Origin: Eledone cirrhosa | Taxonomy: Eukaryota | DNA length: 64,000 nt | Direction of reading: 5' to 3' | Assembly (NCBI GenBank): GCA_964016885.1 | Contig: OZ024742.1 | Span: 83,762,001 to 83,826,000, forward strand | Part shown: positions 10,298-25,711 of the stretch, in pieces | Layout of the letters: each line of letters opens with the position of its first letter | Position numbering within the stretch: the stretch's first letter is position 1 | The notes under the pieces: generated by a model | Databases searched by the model: none | The model's input: only the letters and a program-made list of their open reading frames with translations | Told to the model about the DNA's origin: nothing | Translations under genes and position numbers: made by a program

Positions 10298-13088
10298 ATC
10301 CTCAAAGCAACAGCAAATACGGTGAGGAAACTACTTGGTATAAAAGCGAGAGGAAACAACAGACAAGAAAGTGCAGAGCCTTGGTGGAAGAAACGACTGA
10401 GTGGTCAAATCAGGGAAATGAGAAATGACATTGGAAAGCTTGAGTCCCTACTGAATGGGACACTAAAAAACATAGACACTAAAAATAGACTGGAAATAAA
10501 GTACAAAACTAGGAGGAAAAAGCTAAATATTATCATAGAGGAACTGAAGCAACGCATTGTAGCAAAGAGTGCAAAAATCAGGCGATACGAGAACAGAGTC
10601 AGTCAGTATAGACAGAACCTCATGTTCGACAACAACCAGAAGATGCTGTTTGGACAGCTTGAAGGGGAAGAAAGAGGCAACGACTTGATCCCTGAGACGG
10701 GACAAACTAAAGCATTCTGGAGAGGAATATGGGAGCAGGATGTTAAACATAATGACCAGGCAGTGTGGATTGAGACAGTACAGAAGGAAATTAGTGAACA
10801 GGCACACCAACAAACTGATTTGAGTATCACAGTTGAAACTCTTAAGGGGCAGGCCAAAAAACTAACCAACTGGAAATCACCAGGCCCAGATGGTGTGCAG
10901 GGGTATTGGATTAAAAATATAACATCCCTCCACCCGAAACTGACAACCATGTTCAATGACTGCTTGATGTCAGGTGAGGTACCAGAGTGGTTGACAAAAG
11001 GTACCACAGTTCTGATAATGAAAGACCGAATCAAGGGTAATGATGTTACCAACTATAGACCTATCACATGTCTGTCCGTAATGTGGAAACTGTTGACAAG
11101 CATTATGTCTGAGGAAATCTACCATCACCTCCATACAAACAACTTGTTACCGGACGAACAGAAAGGATGCCGAAAGAAGTCACGTGGTACAAAAGACCAG
11201 TTACTTATTGATAAGATGGTAATGAGGAATTGCAAGAGGAGACACACTGGTCTTGCCATGGGATGGATAGACTACAAAAAGGCATTTGACATGGTGCCTC
11301 ATTCTTGGATCACCAAAAGCCTGGAGATCTTCAAGGTGGCAGATAACATCAGACAGTTGTTTGGCAAAAGTATGAAGTCCTGGGAAACAGAGTTAACATC
11401 AACTGGAGAATCCTTGGGAAGCGTGAAGATCAAGAGAGGTATCTTCTAGGGAGATAGTCTGTCCCCTCTGTTGTTTGTCCTTGCCCTGATGCCCCTGACC
11501 AGTGTACTGCGAAAAGTGAGAGCAGGATACAGGTTGGGAAAGGGAGGGCTTACCATAAATCACCTCCTCTTCATGGACGATCTTAAGCTCTTCGGGAAGA
11601 GTGAGAAGGAGTTGGATGTGCTTGTTGACACTGTCCGTATTTTCAGCAATGATATATGTATGTAATTTGGTATTAGTAAGTGTGGAGTCATTGTGATGAA
11701 GAGGGGTAAGTTGAGCAGAAGTAACGGAATCCAGGTACCAACAGGTGAGATGATAAAAGAAATTGACTCTGAAGAAGGATACAAGTATTTGGGCGTTCTG
11801 GAGGCTGATGACATCAAGAACAAAAAAAAATGAAGGAATTGATAAGAACTGAATACATTCGGAGAGTAAGGAGCGTATTAAAGTCACATCTGAAAGAGTA
11901 GGAATGCCATAAGGGCAGTAAATTCCCGAGCTGTGTCTATTATTAGATACAGTGCGGGAATTCTGAGATGGAATGTTGCTGAACAAAAAGAAATGGATAG
12001 GAAGACTAGGAAGCTATTGACTATCTACAACTTGTTCCACAAGAGGAGTGATGTCGATAGACTCTACTTAAGGAGATCTGAAGGTGGAAGAGGTCTTATC
12101 AGCATAGAGGACTGTGTTCAGATGGAGAAAAACAACCTACACAAATACGTGACTGATAGTAAGGAGCCAATGCTCAGAACTGTACTGAAGGAGGGGACAA
12201 TAGGCCAGGGGATGTCCAAGGAGGAAATAACATCAAGGAGAAAGAGCAGCCTTCAGGAAAAATCCCTTCATAGTACCTTCTTTGAAAAAACTGAATTTAG
12301 AGATCCACAGACATGGAACTGGTTGAAAAGAGAAGACCTTAAAAAGGCTACAAAAGGAATGTTAATGGGTTCGCGGGAGCAGGCCCTCAAAACGAAGTGG
12401 TTGAAACACCATATTTACAAGGAGGAAGCTAGTCCACCGTGCAGGATCTGTGGAGAGAGAGAGGAGACTGTGGCTCACATTGTATCCGAGTGTAAACACC
12501 TAGCCCAGACTCACTATAAGGGCTGGAGACATGATGTGATGGGCAGGGTGATCCACTGGCACCTATGCAAAGTAAACAATTTACCACATTCTGAGAAGTG
12601 GTATGAGCATAAGCCAGAGGCGGTGATAGAAAACGATCAGGTGAAGGTGCTGTGGGATTTTAGGATACAGACGGACAAGAAACTGGAACACAATAGACCT
12701 GACCTGGTGGTTGTGGACAAAGAAAAAAGATCGTGCCTGATTGTGGATGTGGCCTGCCCATTCGACACGAGAGTGCAAGAGAAGGAGAGGGAGAAAATTA
12801 ACCGATACCAGGGCTTAAAGTGGGAGGTAAAAAGGATTTGGAACTGCCATGAAGTCAAAGTGATCCCGATTGTCATAGGCGCACTAGGGACTATCTCAAA
12901 AAGTTTCCAGGGATGGTTAAAGAAAATTGGCCCCTTCACGCTTTTTGGAACGCTTCAAAAGGCATGCTTGCTGGGAACAGCAAGAACCCTCCGATTCGTC
13001 CTGAATATCTCAGGCTGCAGGTAGGGGCTTGATATTCATTTCAACAAACTTTCCAGTTAACTAACATCAATGACTGAGACTCAAAGAG
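10298..13088 (+). mobile_element. R4/Dong-clade LINE, 5'-truncated, decayed RT + RLE
   Basis: ORFs 10322-11449 (WKSPGPDGV, YRPITCL, WIDYKKAFDMVPH), in-frame TAG replacing Q of QGDSLSP, 11471-11665 (HLLFMDDLKL), frameshift in the A-run near 11822, and 11933-13024 (CCHC + RLE). Flanked by (TAA)n. Confidence 0.92.
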
Positions 13089-13098
13089 TAATAACAAC

Positions 13099-13128
<30 letters not shown>

Positions 13129-13129
<1 letters not shown>

Positions 13130-13855
13130 CTTTCTTTATTAACCACAAGGGTCTACATAAAGTAGACATTAAGGACAGTACAGGACAATACAGGGCGGTA
13201 CAAATGGGCATTTCTGCGTGTAAAAATCAAGAAACAGAGGATGTAATAATAGAACAATGAAAAAATTCCCCAATAAGGGGGAGACTTCCGAGGGACATTC
13301 GTGGAGAAAGCCCATTAAAAAGCCACAGTGACCCTGGCCACCAGGGCAAGTGCCCTCTCCCAGTTTTCCACCTTTAATTTACAGACACATACTCAGAGTA
13401 GGCCCATTTACTCGGGCCATTCTTGCCTCTCTCACCCATCTTTCAACAAAATGCTGGGAAGAGAGCACTTCCCTTTCTACCCTGATTTTCCTTTTCAAAT
13501 GAAATTTGAAAAAGTTAATCAGGGCATCACCGAAGAGGTAAGTGCTCGTCTTCAGCCCTTTCAAACGTGTCCACCAAACTATCTCTTTCGCCATGGCCAC
13601 CAGACAGATAAAAACTGCCTGCCCTTCCCGGCTAAAGGAAGGGGGCGGGGCAATCCTCACGATGGACTCAGCTGATAGCTGGATCCGTCCTACACGCGAC
13701 AGCAAGTGTTCGACATAAACACACAAGTCAGCAATGCTCGGACACTGGACGAGTGCGTGCAGGACGGTTTCGTCGCCCTGCGCGCATCTCGGATATGCCC
13801 GCTGACGGCACCTCCATGCCTGCAGAGTTTATCCCGAACTGGCAAGGCTCCTCGG
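13129..13855 (-). mobile_element. Tx1-like LINE 3' fragment (same family as 4373-10222)
   Basis: Closely matches 4373-5095. Both ends lie in AAT repeats. Confidence 0.9.
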
Positions 13856-13867
13856 AATAATAATAAT

Positions 13868-13946
13868 TCTGAGAAGTGGTATGAGCATAAGCCAGAGTCG
13901 GTGATAGTAAATGATCAGGTGAAGGTGTTGTGGGATTTTAGGATAC
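13868..13946 (+). mobile_element. R4/Dong internal fragment
   Basis: Encodes SEKWYEHKPESVIVNDQVKVLWDFRI. Confidence 0.8.
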
Positions 13947-13949
13947 ACT

Positions 13950-14062
13950 CCTCATTGTTATTATTATAAAAATATTTACACGCACAAAACCCAAATCGTA
14001 CCGTCCTGTGCCGTCTGTAATGTTTTTTCTTGATGTCAGCCCTAGTGGCCAATAAAGAAATC
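13950..14062 (+). mobile_element. Diverged Tx1-like 3' UTR end
   Basis: TTTACACGCACAAAACCCA...GTACCGTCCTGTG...GTGGCCAATAAAGAAATC then (ATT)n. Resembles the reverse complement of 4373-4470. Confidence 0.6.
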
Positions 14063-14074
14063 ATTATTATTATA

Positions 14075-14119
<45 letters not shown>

Positions 14120-14120
14120 G

Positions 14121-14922
14121 TTCTTTGAGTCTCAGTCATTGATGTAGTTAACTGGAAAGTTTGTTGAAATGAATATCAAGCCATTACCTGCAGCCTCAGA
14201 TATTCAGGACGTTCGGAGGGTTCTTGCTGTTCCCAGCAAGCATGCCTTTTGAAGTGTTCCAAAAAGCGGGGCGGGGCCAATTTTCTTTAACCATCCCTGG
14301 AAACTTTTTGAGATAGTACCTAGTGCGCCTATGACAATCGGGACCACTTTGACTTCATGGCAGTTCCAAATCCTTTTTACCTCCCACTTTAAGTCCTGGT
14401 ATCGGTTAATTTTCTCCCTCTCCTTCTCTTGCACTCTCGTGTCGAATGGGCAGGCCACATCCACAATCAGGCACGATCTTTTTTCCTTGTCCCAAACCAC
14501 CAGGTCAGGTCTATTGTGTTCCAGTTTCTTGTCCGTCTGTATCCTAAAATCCCACAGTACCTTCACCTGATCGTTTTCTATCACCGAATCTGGCTTATGC
14601 TCATACCACTTCTCAGTACTTTGCATAGGTGCCAGTGGATCACCCTGCCCATCACATCATGTCTCCAGCCTTTATAGTGAGTCTGGGCTAGGTGTTTACA
14701 CTCGGATACAATGTGAGCCACAGTCTCCTCTCTCTCTCCACAGATCCTGCACAGTGGGCTAGCCTCCTCCTTGTAAATATGGTGTTTCAACCACTTCGTT
14801 TTGAGGGCCTGCTCTTGCGCAGCCATTAGCATTCCTTCTGTAGCCTTTTTAAGGTCTCCTCTTTTCAACCAGTTCCATGTCTGTGGATCTCTGAATTCAG
14901 TTTTCTCAAAGAAGATACTATG
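14121..14922 (-). mobile_element. R4/Dong LINE 3' part, 5'-truncated
   Basis: ORFs 14868-14581 and 14626-14204 (CCHC + RLE) with a small deletion/frameshift. 3' end runs into (TAA)n on the minus strand. Confidence 0.9.
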
Positions 14923-15736
14923 CTCATTTGTTCAACACTGACAAAGGAACGCTGTACTAGTTTCAAGCTTATTAGCTATCGTCAGCAACGTATGCCTTCC
15001 TGCCAGATGATTGAACGTCTGAAATTATATACTTTCCTTATGCATATTAACGGCTGAGCAGCCTAATTTGCATATCGAGTGGGTTAATCGGCCGGGCGCA
15101 CCGAAAACGATAAATTGAACAAATGAGAAACGATGGTTGCTAGACACTGTACGGATTAATTCGGGATGTTTGTTTACAAACACACCGAGCATTATAATAA
15201 ATGTTCGGTGAATCCATACGTACATATATATATATGTGTGCATGTATGTATATATACATACTACTGTACGTCTGTATACATATATGTATGTACGTATACA
15301 TACTTATATTTAAGTAACAGCCGTACCAAGAGTGAGAAACGAAATTTCGTTTCATTTTTTCCGTTTATCGTTTTCGGAGCGCCCGGCCGATTAACTCACT
15401 CGATATGCAAATTAGGCTGCTCAGCCGTTAATATGCATAAGGAAAGTATATACTTTCAGACGTTCAATCATCTGGCAGGAAGGTATACGTTGGTGACGAT
15501 AGCTAATAAGCTTGAAACTAGTACAGCGTTCCTTTGTCAGTGTTGAACAAATGAGAAACGATGGTTGCTAGACACTGTACGGCTTAATTCGGGATATTTG
15601 TTTACAAACACACCGATCATTATAATAAATGTTCGGTGAATCCATACGTACATATATATATATGTGTGCATGTATGTATATATATATATATACATAATAC
15701 TGTACGTCTGTATACATATATGTATGTACGTATACA

Positions 15737-15745
<9 letters not shown>
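14923..15745 (+). mobile_element. Retrozyme / non-autonomous PLE family A: inverted piece (14923-15114) + one ~428-bp monomer (15115-15542) + partial second monomer
   Basis: TTGAACAAATGAGAAACGATGG recurs at 15115 and 15543. 14923-15114 is the reverse complement of ~15363-15555. One HHR per monomer, no meaningful ORF. Confidence 0.75.
14949..14991 (-). ncRNA. Minimal type I hammerhead, canonical core (family A)
   Basis: Minus strand: ACGTTG CTGACGA T-AGC-taataa-GCT-T GAAA CTAGTA CAGCGT. 6-bp stem I with one G-U, palindromic stem III ACUAGU, triplet GUA. Copies at 15487-15529 (+, core GTGACGA) and 17877-17919 (-, core GAGACGA) are core-mutated. Confidence 0.8.
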
Positions 15746-17053
<1,308 letters not shown>

Positions 17054-17060
17054 GTTTATT

Positions 17061-17115
17061 ACTGCTATATATATTTCAGTGACAGCCATCTTTGGCTGTG
17101 ACCTCTTCAGGCAGT
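17061..17115 (-). ncRNA. Type I hammerhead, fully canonical core
   Basis: Minus strand: ACTGC CTGAAGA GGTCACAGCCA-aaga-TGGCTGTCACT GAAA TATATAT A GCAGT. Perfect 5-bp stem I, palindromic stem III AUAUAUAU, triplet AUA. An isolated ~75-bp island between TA tracts. Confidence 0.85.
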
Positions 17116-17123
17116 TTGAATTA

Positions 17124-17206
<83 letters not shown>

Positions 17207-17275
17207 ACTGAGTGCTCTACCACTACGAATATTACCTTCCAGTGTTCTACCATTATGTATATATATATATATATA

Positions 17276-17361
<86 letters not shown>

Positions 17362-17602
17362 ATGGAATAGAATGAAACGAAATTTCATTTCTAACTCTTA
17401 GTACGGCACTTACTTAAATGTAAGTATGTGGCGTATTTATTTACTGTTTCTTCATAGGTGTCTTTTATTCTTATAGCCTGGTCTAATTGATTTTTTGTGT
17501 GGTTAATTATGCTGATTGGTAGTAGAGATGATGTATATATATTATCAAATAATTCTCTGGACATGCTTTACTCTATAGTATATATATATATATAGATAGA
17601 TA

Positions 17603-18185
<583 letters not shown>

Positions 18186-18619
18186 TGTGTGTGTGAAACA
18201 GAGAGTGGAAGCGAGAGAGAAAGTCTTAAATCTCGTAACTTCCTAAGTTACCATGTGCACAACTTTCCTGTCGTAAGACTTTCTTTACGTAAATGTTTAC
18301 GTACTCGTTCTGGTGCCCTCGTCGAAAGACGCTCTGTTGTTTTCCTTTATATCTACATTGTTGCGCGAGTTATCTCCCGTAACATATTCATAAGTGATCT
18401 TCTATTCTGAAGACCTCTGCTATCCAGCCTTCCCAAGATTTACTTATCACTATTATGTTACCACAACCAGCATCAACACCACAACAGATACCACAGATAC
18501 CAACAAGATCATCCCAAACAAAACAAAACCCGCAACAAAACCAGCAACAACAACAAACGCAAACCCGACAAAAGAAATCAACCGCACAAATTGCCCAGCC
18601 ATAAATACAAACAAGGTTA

Positions 18620-18742
18620 GCTTAGCCTTTCATCCCTACGGGATTGATAGAATAAAGTACCAGTAACACACTGAGATCAATTAAATCTAATTTCCTCTTC
18701 CCTTCGAAAATCCTGGTCTTATGCCAAATATAGCAACTATTA
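18620..18742 (+). mobile_element. tRNA-derived SINE, degenerate 3' part
   Basis: GCCTTTCATCCCTACGGGATTGATAGAATAAAGTACCAGTA, matching the core of the 46935 copy. Confidence 0.65.
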
Positions 18743-19244
18743 TCATAGTTGTTGAACTATTTCCAGCAAGTTGAATGACCATGTAAAACAGACATAATAT
18801 GTTTCCAAACTGTATTAATTATTAATCATTTACACTAAGTATGTAAAAGTTGCAAAGCTTTTACTTGCGGAGAAGAGGAGAAATTTTGTGTTCGAATATT
18901 GATTCGAAGCTAAAAAAAAAAATGATCAGGGGAGATAATAGCACCTTAAATAGTTATATAGTTAGAGTTTCCTCCCTTAACATGTACATAAAATCTGCTA
19001 AAAGTTCTGAGACTTCAGAAAACCCATTTATATTATGTCTATCGAAAGCTATTTTAGCTTTATAAATATATTGCTGTTGTCGTCGTTGTTGTTTAACCCA
19101 CCAAACATCTCACTCTCCCACAGTTTCCTATAAAATGAAGCATAAAACTTCACCGATATTCCGTCAAACTTTTCTTAAATTACAAGTGTACGCATAAAGA
19201 TTTTTAAAAAAAAATAGAAAAATAGCTATGTCCTGTCAAATCAT

Positions 19245-19670
19245 TTCAAAATAAAACAACAAATTCTTCCAGATACACTAGATTCTGCGTTTTCCTGTTC
19301 GTGGATAGTTTATGAAGATTTCTAGGTGTTCCCACTCGTGAACAACCTACATGTAACTGTCCATGGTTAAAAATCGGTTCTCTCATATTCAATCCTACAA
19401 CTTTGAGAATTTGACCCTGACGTTTATTTATGGTCATAGCAAACCTAGCTCTAACAGGGAACTGAAGTTTTGAGAATTAGAACGGCAGCTCGGTAGATAG
19501 AGAAAGGGATGAAAGAAATCTTGGGAATAAATATATTTTCTCCTTGATGATTGCCTCCGAGAATAGTGACCTCTAGGAGATGGTTCAACATCCGCCTGAC
19601 TGATAAGCGTGTGTCATCGCTTAGAGGTGGTGGGTCCAGGTCTCTCAAAAGGATGATGGGGGTTCCAATC
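19245..19670 (-). mobile_element. Helitron PIF1-type helicase C-terminal fragment
   Basis: MRDLDPP...RLSV...IFIPKI and MTINKRQGQILKVVGL...FNHGQLHVGCSRV. Related fragments at 20140-20245 (+), 25085-25408 (-) and 30232-30342 (+). Confidence 0.85.
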
Positions 19671-20243
19671 TTTTATATTATATGTAAATATAGACATAAA
19701 TATAGATAAGTATATATAAATGCGTGGGGGTTGTAAACCAGCGTTCGAATCTACGGAGACGCTGGCCGCAAAACATGATCATCGCTGACAACGCAGACAG
19801 AATTAATTTTGGTTATTCCCAACCTGCGAGAAATAGCAGCTGGGTTGGTTAGCATGATCGGTATGTTTTTCTTCTTCTTTGATGTTATAAAATAAGCATT
19901 AATAAACCTTTCTGTGTACAACCTTATTGCACTCGTATTCTTACATTTGATTGCTAGTTTTCGTTTTTGTGTGATCCGTTAAGACACCAACTAACAAGCA
20001 TCTATCTTTTATATTGCATATAGATAAACTATATATATATAATTTTATCCCGGGTTCAATTGGGGGTAACCACAGTAAGTAAGGTACTCAATACACAGCA
20101 GAGTATAAATATTTAATATAGAAATGGCTATAAATAGGTTTATTATTCACGTGTGAGAATACTTAGAAATTTTGATATAGTATGCCCGAACGGTAAAACG
20201 AAGAATCTGGTGTATCTAGAAGAATTTGACTATTGTTTTTATG

Positions 20244-20562
<319 letters not shown>

Positions 20563-20989
20563 CACGCCTTGTCATAACTACGCCACTGGGTTGTGAGTTT
20601 CTTGAGGGCTACAAGTGTCACCCATTGTTCCATCTCCCGTAGTAGTTCACCGCTGTTGGCCCGGGGTCGCTTATTCGTCCGTTTACATCGCAACAAGCCA
20701 TCATATTTGGTGGTCTTATCGCTATCCGCTACCTGCGACCAGTTCTCTAGCAGGTGGGAGGGGTGAGTACTCTCTCAGAGGCTAAGATCACAAGAGCAGT
20801 TAGCGAGCTCAAATGTGTCAAGGCTGTTGCATTAAAAGCCTAAAATAGAAAAGCTATTCTTTGGCTGACTCGTGTGTACCGGGTGGCCTGGATCTTTGAA
20901 AGGCACCTAAACAATGGCAATCGGGAAAGATAAACCCAATTTTTAAAGAATGGAGACAAGAGAGATTGTTCCAATTACAGAGGGCACTC

Positions 20990-21170
20990 TTTGCTAAGCC
21001 TCCACAATAAAGTCTATGCTAAGTGTCTGGCAAAGAGATGCAGGGAGATTGTCAAGTCCAAGATAGCTGATGAACAGTGTGGCTTTCGCCCCCGACACAG
21101 CACAGCCGACCAAATATTCACACTGTGGTAGTGCTTCGAGAAATAGTGAGAGTATTGCTAAAACCTTGTC
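20990..21170 (+). mobile_element. RTE-clade RT fragment
   Basis: Reads KIADEQCGFRP..STADQIFTL across a frameshift. Confidence 0.6.
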
Positions 21171-21547
21171 TGGACCAGCTGCATTTCCGTTTGGTGTTGT
21201 TTTCAATACCTTTAACAGTTCTTCATAACAGTTTTCATAACAAATGCAAAAATGTTCACACGCACAGAGCAGTCACAACTCTATGCTCAGGTACAAAACC
21301 AGCGATTGACATGGATTGGTCATCAAAGCCGGCATCTAATTAGTAACTTCCTTGCTGAGTGTCTTCTGCTACATCAACTATCAGGAGGTAGCTGCAAGAA
21401 ACAAAGACTGAAGGCCACATTCCAAAGAATGGTCACAAAAAACTGAATGCAAAAGTCACCGCAATTCAAGAAAAAGCCAATGATAGAAACGCTTGGGCAG
21501 CTCTTATTTTATCTCCCCCGTGCCAGTATGACATTATTTTAATATGG

Positions 21548-21725
<178 letters not shown>

Positions 21726-21908
21726 CAAATAGTAGAAAGGAAAAAACAATTTTTCAGTAGAAAATGTTGAAGAGATTTTTTCTGTGAGATATCAAAACAT
21801 TAATTTATTTACAATACCGGTTTCAGCATTATATGTATTGTCAATTGCGGATATGCAGAATATTGTTAAGTTGCGTATTTGTACAAGTAGTGATAATAAT
21901 AATAATAA

Positions 21909-21939
<31 letters not shown>

Positions 21940-22052
21940 AAGAAGAAGAAGAAGAAGAAGAAGAAGAAGAAGAAGAAGAAGAAGAAGAAGAAGAAGAAGA
22001 AGAAGAAGAAGAAGAAGAAGAAGAAGAAGAATATGTATGCGTGCGTGTGTGT

Positions 22053-22180
22053 ATCCCGGGTTCAATCGGGGGTAACCACAGTAAGTAAGGTACTCAATAC
22101 ACAGCAGAGTATAAATATTTAATATAGAAATGGCTTCTACAGGACTAGAACAGTTTCATTTGAAGGAAATCATCAGTTTA
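22053..22180 (-). mobile_element. Short repeat (also at 20047-20130) with a degenerate hammerhead at 22144-22180
   Basis: Shared TCCCGGGTTCAAT...GTACTCAATACACAGCAGAG...AGAAATGGCT. Minus strand reads CTGATGA tttccttcaaat GAAA CTGTT; stem I pairs poorly. Confidence 0.45.
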
Positions 22181-22194
22181 TATTCTCCATCCCA

Positions 22195-22500
22195 TCCCAT
22201 TTCTAGGTGAGAGTGGCCACCCTGCTCGTCACCTCGTCCCAGTTTTTATCCATCTGGAGGTGCAGACCAAACCAGACCCCGATCTAATCACACAGAGCTC
22301 ACTATAAGAAAACATTAAGGACGGCACAGGACAACATAAGCTGGCACATGGCTATACAGTGTGGGGTTTTGCGTGTAAAGACATTCAAAGAAAGTCGACA
22401 AAAGCTTCAGTTACCCTGACCTTTCGGGTACATACTCAGTCATGGATGTTGCTTTCACTCACTCTTCAACAAATTGTGTTGGAAGGTAGTACATCCCACA
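22195..22500 (-). mobile_element. Old Tx1-like ORF2/3' fragments
   Basis: 22198-22281 matches 5695-5780 (GGTGAGAG..GCCACCCTGCTCGTCACCTCGTCCCAGTTTTT). 22290-22500 resembles the Tx1 3' end. Confidence 0.65.
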
Positions 22501-22757
22501 CACATTCAATAATATCCATACCTGCAAACACACGCTCGCATACAGACATGCATACACATCTACCTAGTTGATGTTGTCTAAATTCCAATGAAAGATGCTT
22601 ATGTCTAGGTTAGAAACCGACTCTCTCTCTATTGGTAAAAAATTTATAAAATTATAAAACCAGATGAATGTACATACATACATACATACATACATACATA
22701 CATACATACATACATACATACATACATACATACATACATACATACATACATACATAC

Positions 22758-23920
22758 ATGATGGCTGCAAACTCTGCTAAGTGTACTGCAATTGCTTGGA
22801 GGATTATAGAGTTTGGTGCACTTTTAGGCTACGGCCAGTCACACAAACCTGTAATATATCCTGAACAAGCAATGCCTGTGCTTTGAATGTTTTTAAAGTG
22901 GGGAAAAGCCTTGCACTAGACCAATCCCACTCTCTGAGCATTTAAAACACTACCCGAAAAGGAGAACTGGTCAACATCGTCGGATGCTTCCGAAGCCGCA
23001 TGTTTTGTTGTTTTTGTTTTGTTTTTTCAGAGTTTCCCTCTCCTAGAAAGGTGTGACAACTGAGGGCTTTTCACTCCCAGGTAAAAAAAAAAATTTGGAT
23101 GGCCGTTGACTCTGCTGAGTTCCTCTGCCCTTTACCGGGTCTTGTATTTCATCCTGCATGGTGTCCAAATATCACCCTCCCCACCAAGCTTGCTTGGTGG
23201 GGTTGCCGGTTTAGTCGCCGACAACCCGACCATAAGACAAGTTGTACTGGGATACATGTTACCAGTAGCACTCCAGAGCGACCTGACATACATACATGCA
23301 TACATACATACATGGTGGCTGCCAACTCGTTTTCGAGTACGGCCACTACTTTATATCCATGTAGGAGAATCCCTACCGATGCGCTAAACGAGTGTGACTT
23401 TTTAGTCCAGCCAGCGACTTGTAAACTCTGGTACAAACACTACACTTGTGACAATTATTGACACATAGTGCTGGGCCCATAGTACCATGTGACGACAAGT
23501 GCAGAGAGATCTCTAGATATAAAGCAATGCCTGTGCCGTGAAGCTTTTATGGTGAGCAAAGGCACTGCACAAAGCCAGTCCCACTCTCTTAACCAAGATG
23601 ATATTTACCAAAAAGAAGAACAAGTCAACATTATTGGATGCCATCAGAGTTGCAGGTGTTATATCAGAGTTTTCCTTCTCCTAGAATTCTGCCTTGAGAA
23701 AGGCTAAGGGGTCATCTCTCCCGGTGATTTTGGATGGCCATTGACTCTTAAGAGCTCCTTTGCCCTTTGACAGGTTTTGTTTTTAGTCCTGCAATATGTC
23801 CAAAGTCACCCTCCTCACCAAAAAACCTTGGTGGGGTTACCAGTTTAGTCGCCAACTACCCGACCATGAGACAGGTTGTACTGGGATACATGTTACCAGT
23901 AGCACCAACTGGTGACCTGA
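22758..23920 (-). repeat. Two tandem ~530-610-bp non-coding units separated and flanked by (ACAT)n; probably RTE-derived non-autonomous elements
   Basis: Units 22758-23286 and 23312-23919 share starts (ATG(G/A)TGGCTGC.AACTC) and ends (GTTGTACTGGGATACATGTTACCAGTAGCA...GACCTGACATAC). Minus strand contains CTAGGAGA.GG.AAACTCTG, reminiscent of RTE 5' UTRs. Confidence 0.6.
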
Positions 23921-24344
23921 CATACATACATACATACATACATACATACATACATACATACATACATACATACATACATACATACATACATACATACATA
24001 CATACATACATACATACATACGTGTGTTCGATCATTAAACATGCTAGAAATTCAGAGTTACATCCCTTAACAAAAAGATATGTATGAGTTATGTCCCTCC
24101 TGGTCGTTTGCAACCCAAACGTAACAGCCCAAACTTTCTCCTACCTCGGGGTTTCAAAACCTTGAAAAATATATCAGATTCTTTCATTCATCAAAAGCTA
24201 CAAAGAGAAAGAGAATTGTTGAAAGCGTGGCATCAAGGATGCTAGTGCCTCAGCGTTAACCGCAACAAACAAAGAACAAGATTGCATGACGCTACATTAC
24301 ATATTAAAAGTGCACATGTAATATATAATGTCAATATATATATA

Positions 24345-24790
24345 CACGGGTGGGAACTGGGGGTACATCCCCCCCCCCCATCCCCCAATAATTATACTTT
24401 TCTCCCCAAACTACCAAAAACACACATCTCTTAGTATATGCACTACAATTGATGTACATGTTATATTTATTGCATATCGAAGTTTTTTATATCTTGGTTC
24501 ATATTTGGGAATATATTATAACATTCATAGTAATTTTTTAGTCATTTTACTGCTTTTTCTACACATATCATTATTTGCCAAATGCTCGTATGTGTATTCA
24601 GAGACAGATTTCATAGGTCATTTTGCTATAATCATTTTATAATCATTAAAAGCAATAAATGTAATATGACCTCCTTGAACTCAAATTGTATTTTCTTACC
24701 ATTTTAGTGTGCAAAGAGCTAAATTAATCACTCCAACTAAATTGACCAAATTTGACCCAACCGATTTAGAAATGGTTCCACTGCCCCTGT
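24345..24790. mobile_element. MITE-like element with imperfect TIRs; second copy 25708-25945
   Basis: Ends CAGG(A/G)GCAGTGGAA / TTCC(A/T)CTGCCCCTG and shared internal AATAATTATA.TTTTCTCC.CAAACTACCAAAA. Inserted in TA repeats. Confidence 0.6.
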
Positions 24791-25517
24791 GTATATATAT
24801 AGATATATATATATCCTCTTGTCACAAATAATTGGGTGTTGGAATAAGCGGGGCGGGCGAGCATTTGCTTAAATTCCTATAAGCGCGGGTGGGTATAGTG
24901 TACATTCGCAAATATGGGATTTCTTGTAATGTTCTTTTTTTTCTTTTTTGTCATATATAATGTACTAGCTGACGGACACAGCTTAGCAGATAATAAGAGA
25001 AGACAGGTAGAAGAGAAAGCGACTGTATTGGATGGGAGTGTCTGGTTTACAGTATGAGGTGAGACCGTGGTGCGTGTGTATGACAAAAAAAAACAGTAAA
25101 ACGTCTCCCAGATACACCAGATTCTTCGTTGTACTGTTCGTGCATAGTATATGAAGATTTCTAGGTGTTCCCACTCGTGAACAACCTACATATAACTGTT
25201 CATGGGCAAAACGTGATTCCTTTGTATTCGATTCTACAACTTTGAAACGCTGAGCCTAAGCTTTATTTATGGTCATAGCAAACCTGGCTCTAACAGGGAA
25301 CTGAAGTCTTGAGAATGGCACCTCGGTAGAAGAAGGGAAAAGACGAATATTGGGAATAAATGCATTTTCTCCTTGATTGCCACCGAGAATAGTGACCTCT
25401 AGGAGATGCTTCATCATCCAACTGAATGTAAACATGAATAAATTGGGTATAATACCAGTTTCTTACAAATCTCGATATATTAACACATAAGGAAAGGATA
25501 GAGACCATATTTTTTTT

Positions 25518-25569
<52 letters not shown>

Positions 25570-25597
25570 TTTAAAATATGTTCTGTATCCTTTCCTT

Positions 25598-25711
<114 letters not shown>

